Positions 43,704 through 44,277 of a stretch of DNA of 44,277 bases are shown piece after piece (the stretch's first letter is position 1; each line of letters starts with the position of its first letter). The DNA lies in assembly GCA_035622235.1 (NCBI GenBank), contig DASPVS010000517.1:1-44277 (forward strand), written 5' to 3'. A program made the translations under genes and the position numbers. The notes beneath the pieces are model-generated. The model was given only the letters and a program-made list of their open reading frames with translations, did no database searches and was not told where the DNA came from. This DNA is from Acidimicrobiales bacterium. Lineage in GTDB: Bacteria > Actinomycetota > Acidimicrobiia > Acidimicrobiales > UBA8190.

Positions 43704-44277
43704 ATGGGAACCGACGGGGACCGGCGCGTCGTTGCGCTCGTGCTGACCCACAACGCGCCCGCCTCCCTCGAGAGGTGCCTCGAGGCGATCGCCGCACAGA
43801 CTCGACCGCCCGACACCGTCTTGGTGGTCGACAACGCCAGTCAGCCGCCGGTCGACGCGCGTTCGCTCTCGAATGGGTCGATTCGGGTCCGGGTAGTACG
43901 TTCCGAGGTCAATACCGGCCCCGCGGGAGGTTGGGCGCTCGCGCTGCGGGAATTCCTAGGTGGCGACCAAACCCTTGCATGGGTTCTCGATGACGACATG
44001 GTTCCCGAAGTCGATTGCCTCGAACGACTGGGGGAAAGGGTTCACGCCGAACCCGACAGGGCTTTCGCATTTCCTCGCTGCATCGACCCCGACGGTTCAT
44101 GGGCGCAATTCCCTTCGTGGTGCGGTTTCCTCCTCGCGAGGGAGATAGTCGAGGCAGCGGGTTTGCCAATGGAGGGGTTGTTCTGGTGGGCCGAAGACAC
44201 CGAATACCTCCGCTTCCGCATTCCGCGTGCCGGTTTCGAGCGGCAGAACGTCAAAGACGCCAGGGTTCATCACTTGA
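43704..44277 (+). CDS. GT2-family glycosyltransferase (partial, runs off the window end)
   Basis: Absent from the ORF track because it has no stop in the window. My translation from the ATG at 43704 (preceded by GAGGGGG) gives MGTDGDRRVVALVLTHNAPASLERCLEAIAAQTRPPDTVLVVDNAS...WVLDDDMVP (DxD). Confidence 0.75.
   Translation, partial: MGTDGDRRVVALVLTHNAPASLERCLEAIAAQTRPPDTVLVVDNASQPPVDARSLSNGSIRVRVVRSEVNTGPAGGWALALREFLGGDQTLAWVLDDDMVPEVDCLERLGERVHAEPDRAFAFPRCIDPDGSWAQFPSWCGFLLAREIVEAAGLPMEGLFWWAEDTEYLRFRIPRAGFERQNVKDARVHHL

Overview
High-GC window (about 65% by my spot counts on individual 60-nt lines), with gene content typical of Actinobacteria. I support about 40 protein-coding genes. I recognised no rRNA, tRNA, CRISPR array, transposase or integrase. 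The flanks (1-22.1 kb and 37.2-44.3 kb) hold ordinary accessory and catabolic genes: a double hotdog hydratase with an acyl-CoA synthetase, a MocR regulator divergent from a PNPOx-family gene, a GNAT with an APH-like kinase, a P450, a secreted S15 (CocE/NonD) hydrolase, a cytoplasmic AtsA-like arylsulfatase, a USP, a TetR-controlled ADC/amidohydrolase/phosphotransferase operon, a second amidohydrolase with an SDR, a GH1 beta-glucosidase, an epimerase, a DMT transporter, a dienelactone hydrolase and a partial GT2 gene. The centre (about 22.1-37.2 kb) has visibly lower GC (about 55-58% on spot-counted lines) and is the unusual part. It consists of about 12 single-gene units of 0.9-1.9 kb; one unit is a translationally coupled ECF sigma/anti-sigma pair. 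Each unit is separated from the next by a copy of a roughly 95-116-nt structured repeat: 5'-AAGTGCCG ... GATCC at +59 ... CCGGCA-3', with complementary termini. Every copy lies in the same orientation on the + strand, although the intervening genes lie on both strands. The layout resembles an integron cassette array or CALIN, but the repeat lacks the canonical attC core sites and no recombinase is present in the window. This is my top candidate for an undescribed system. All repeat alignments were made by eye, so coordinates are approximate (a few nt) and need computational confirmation.
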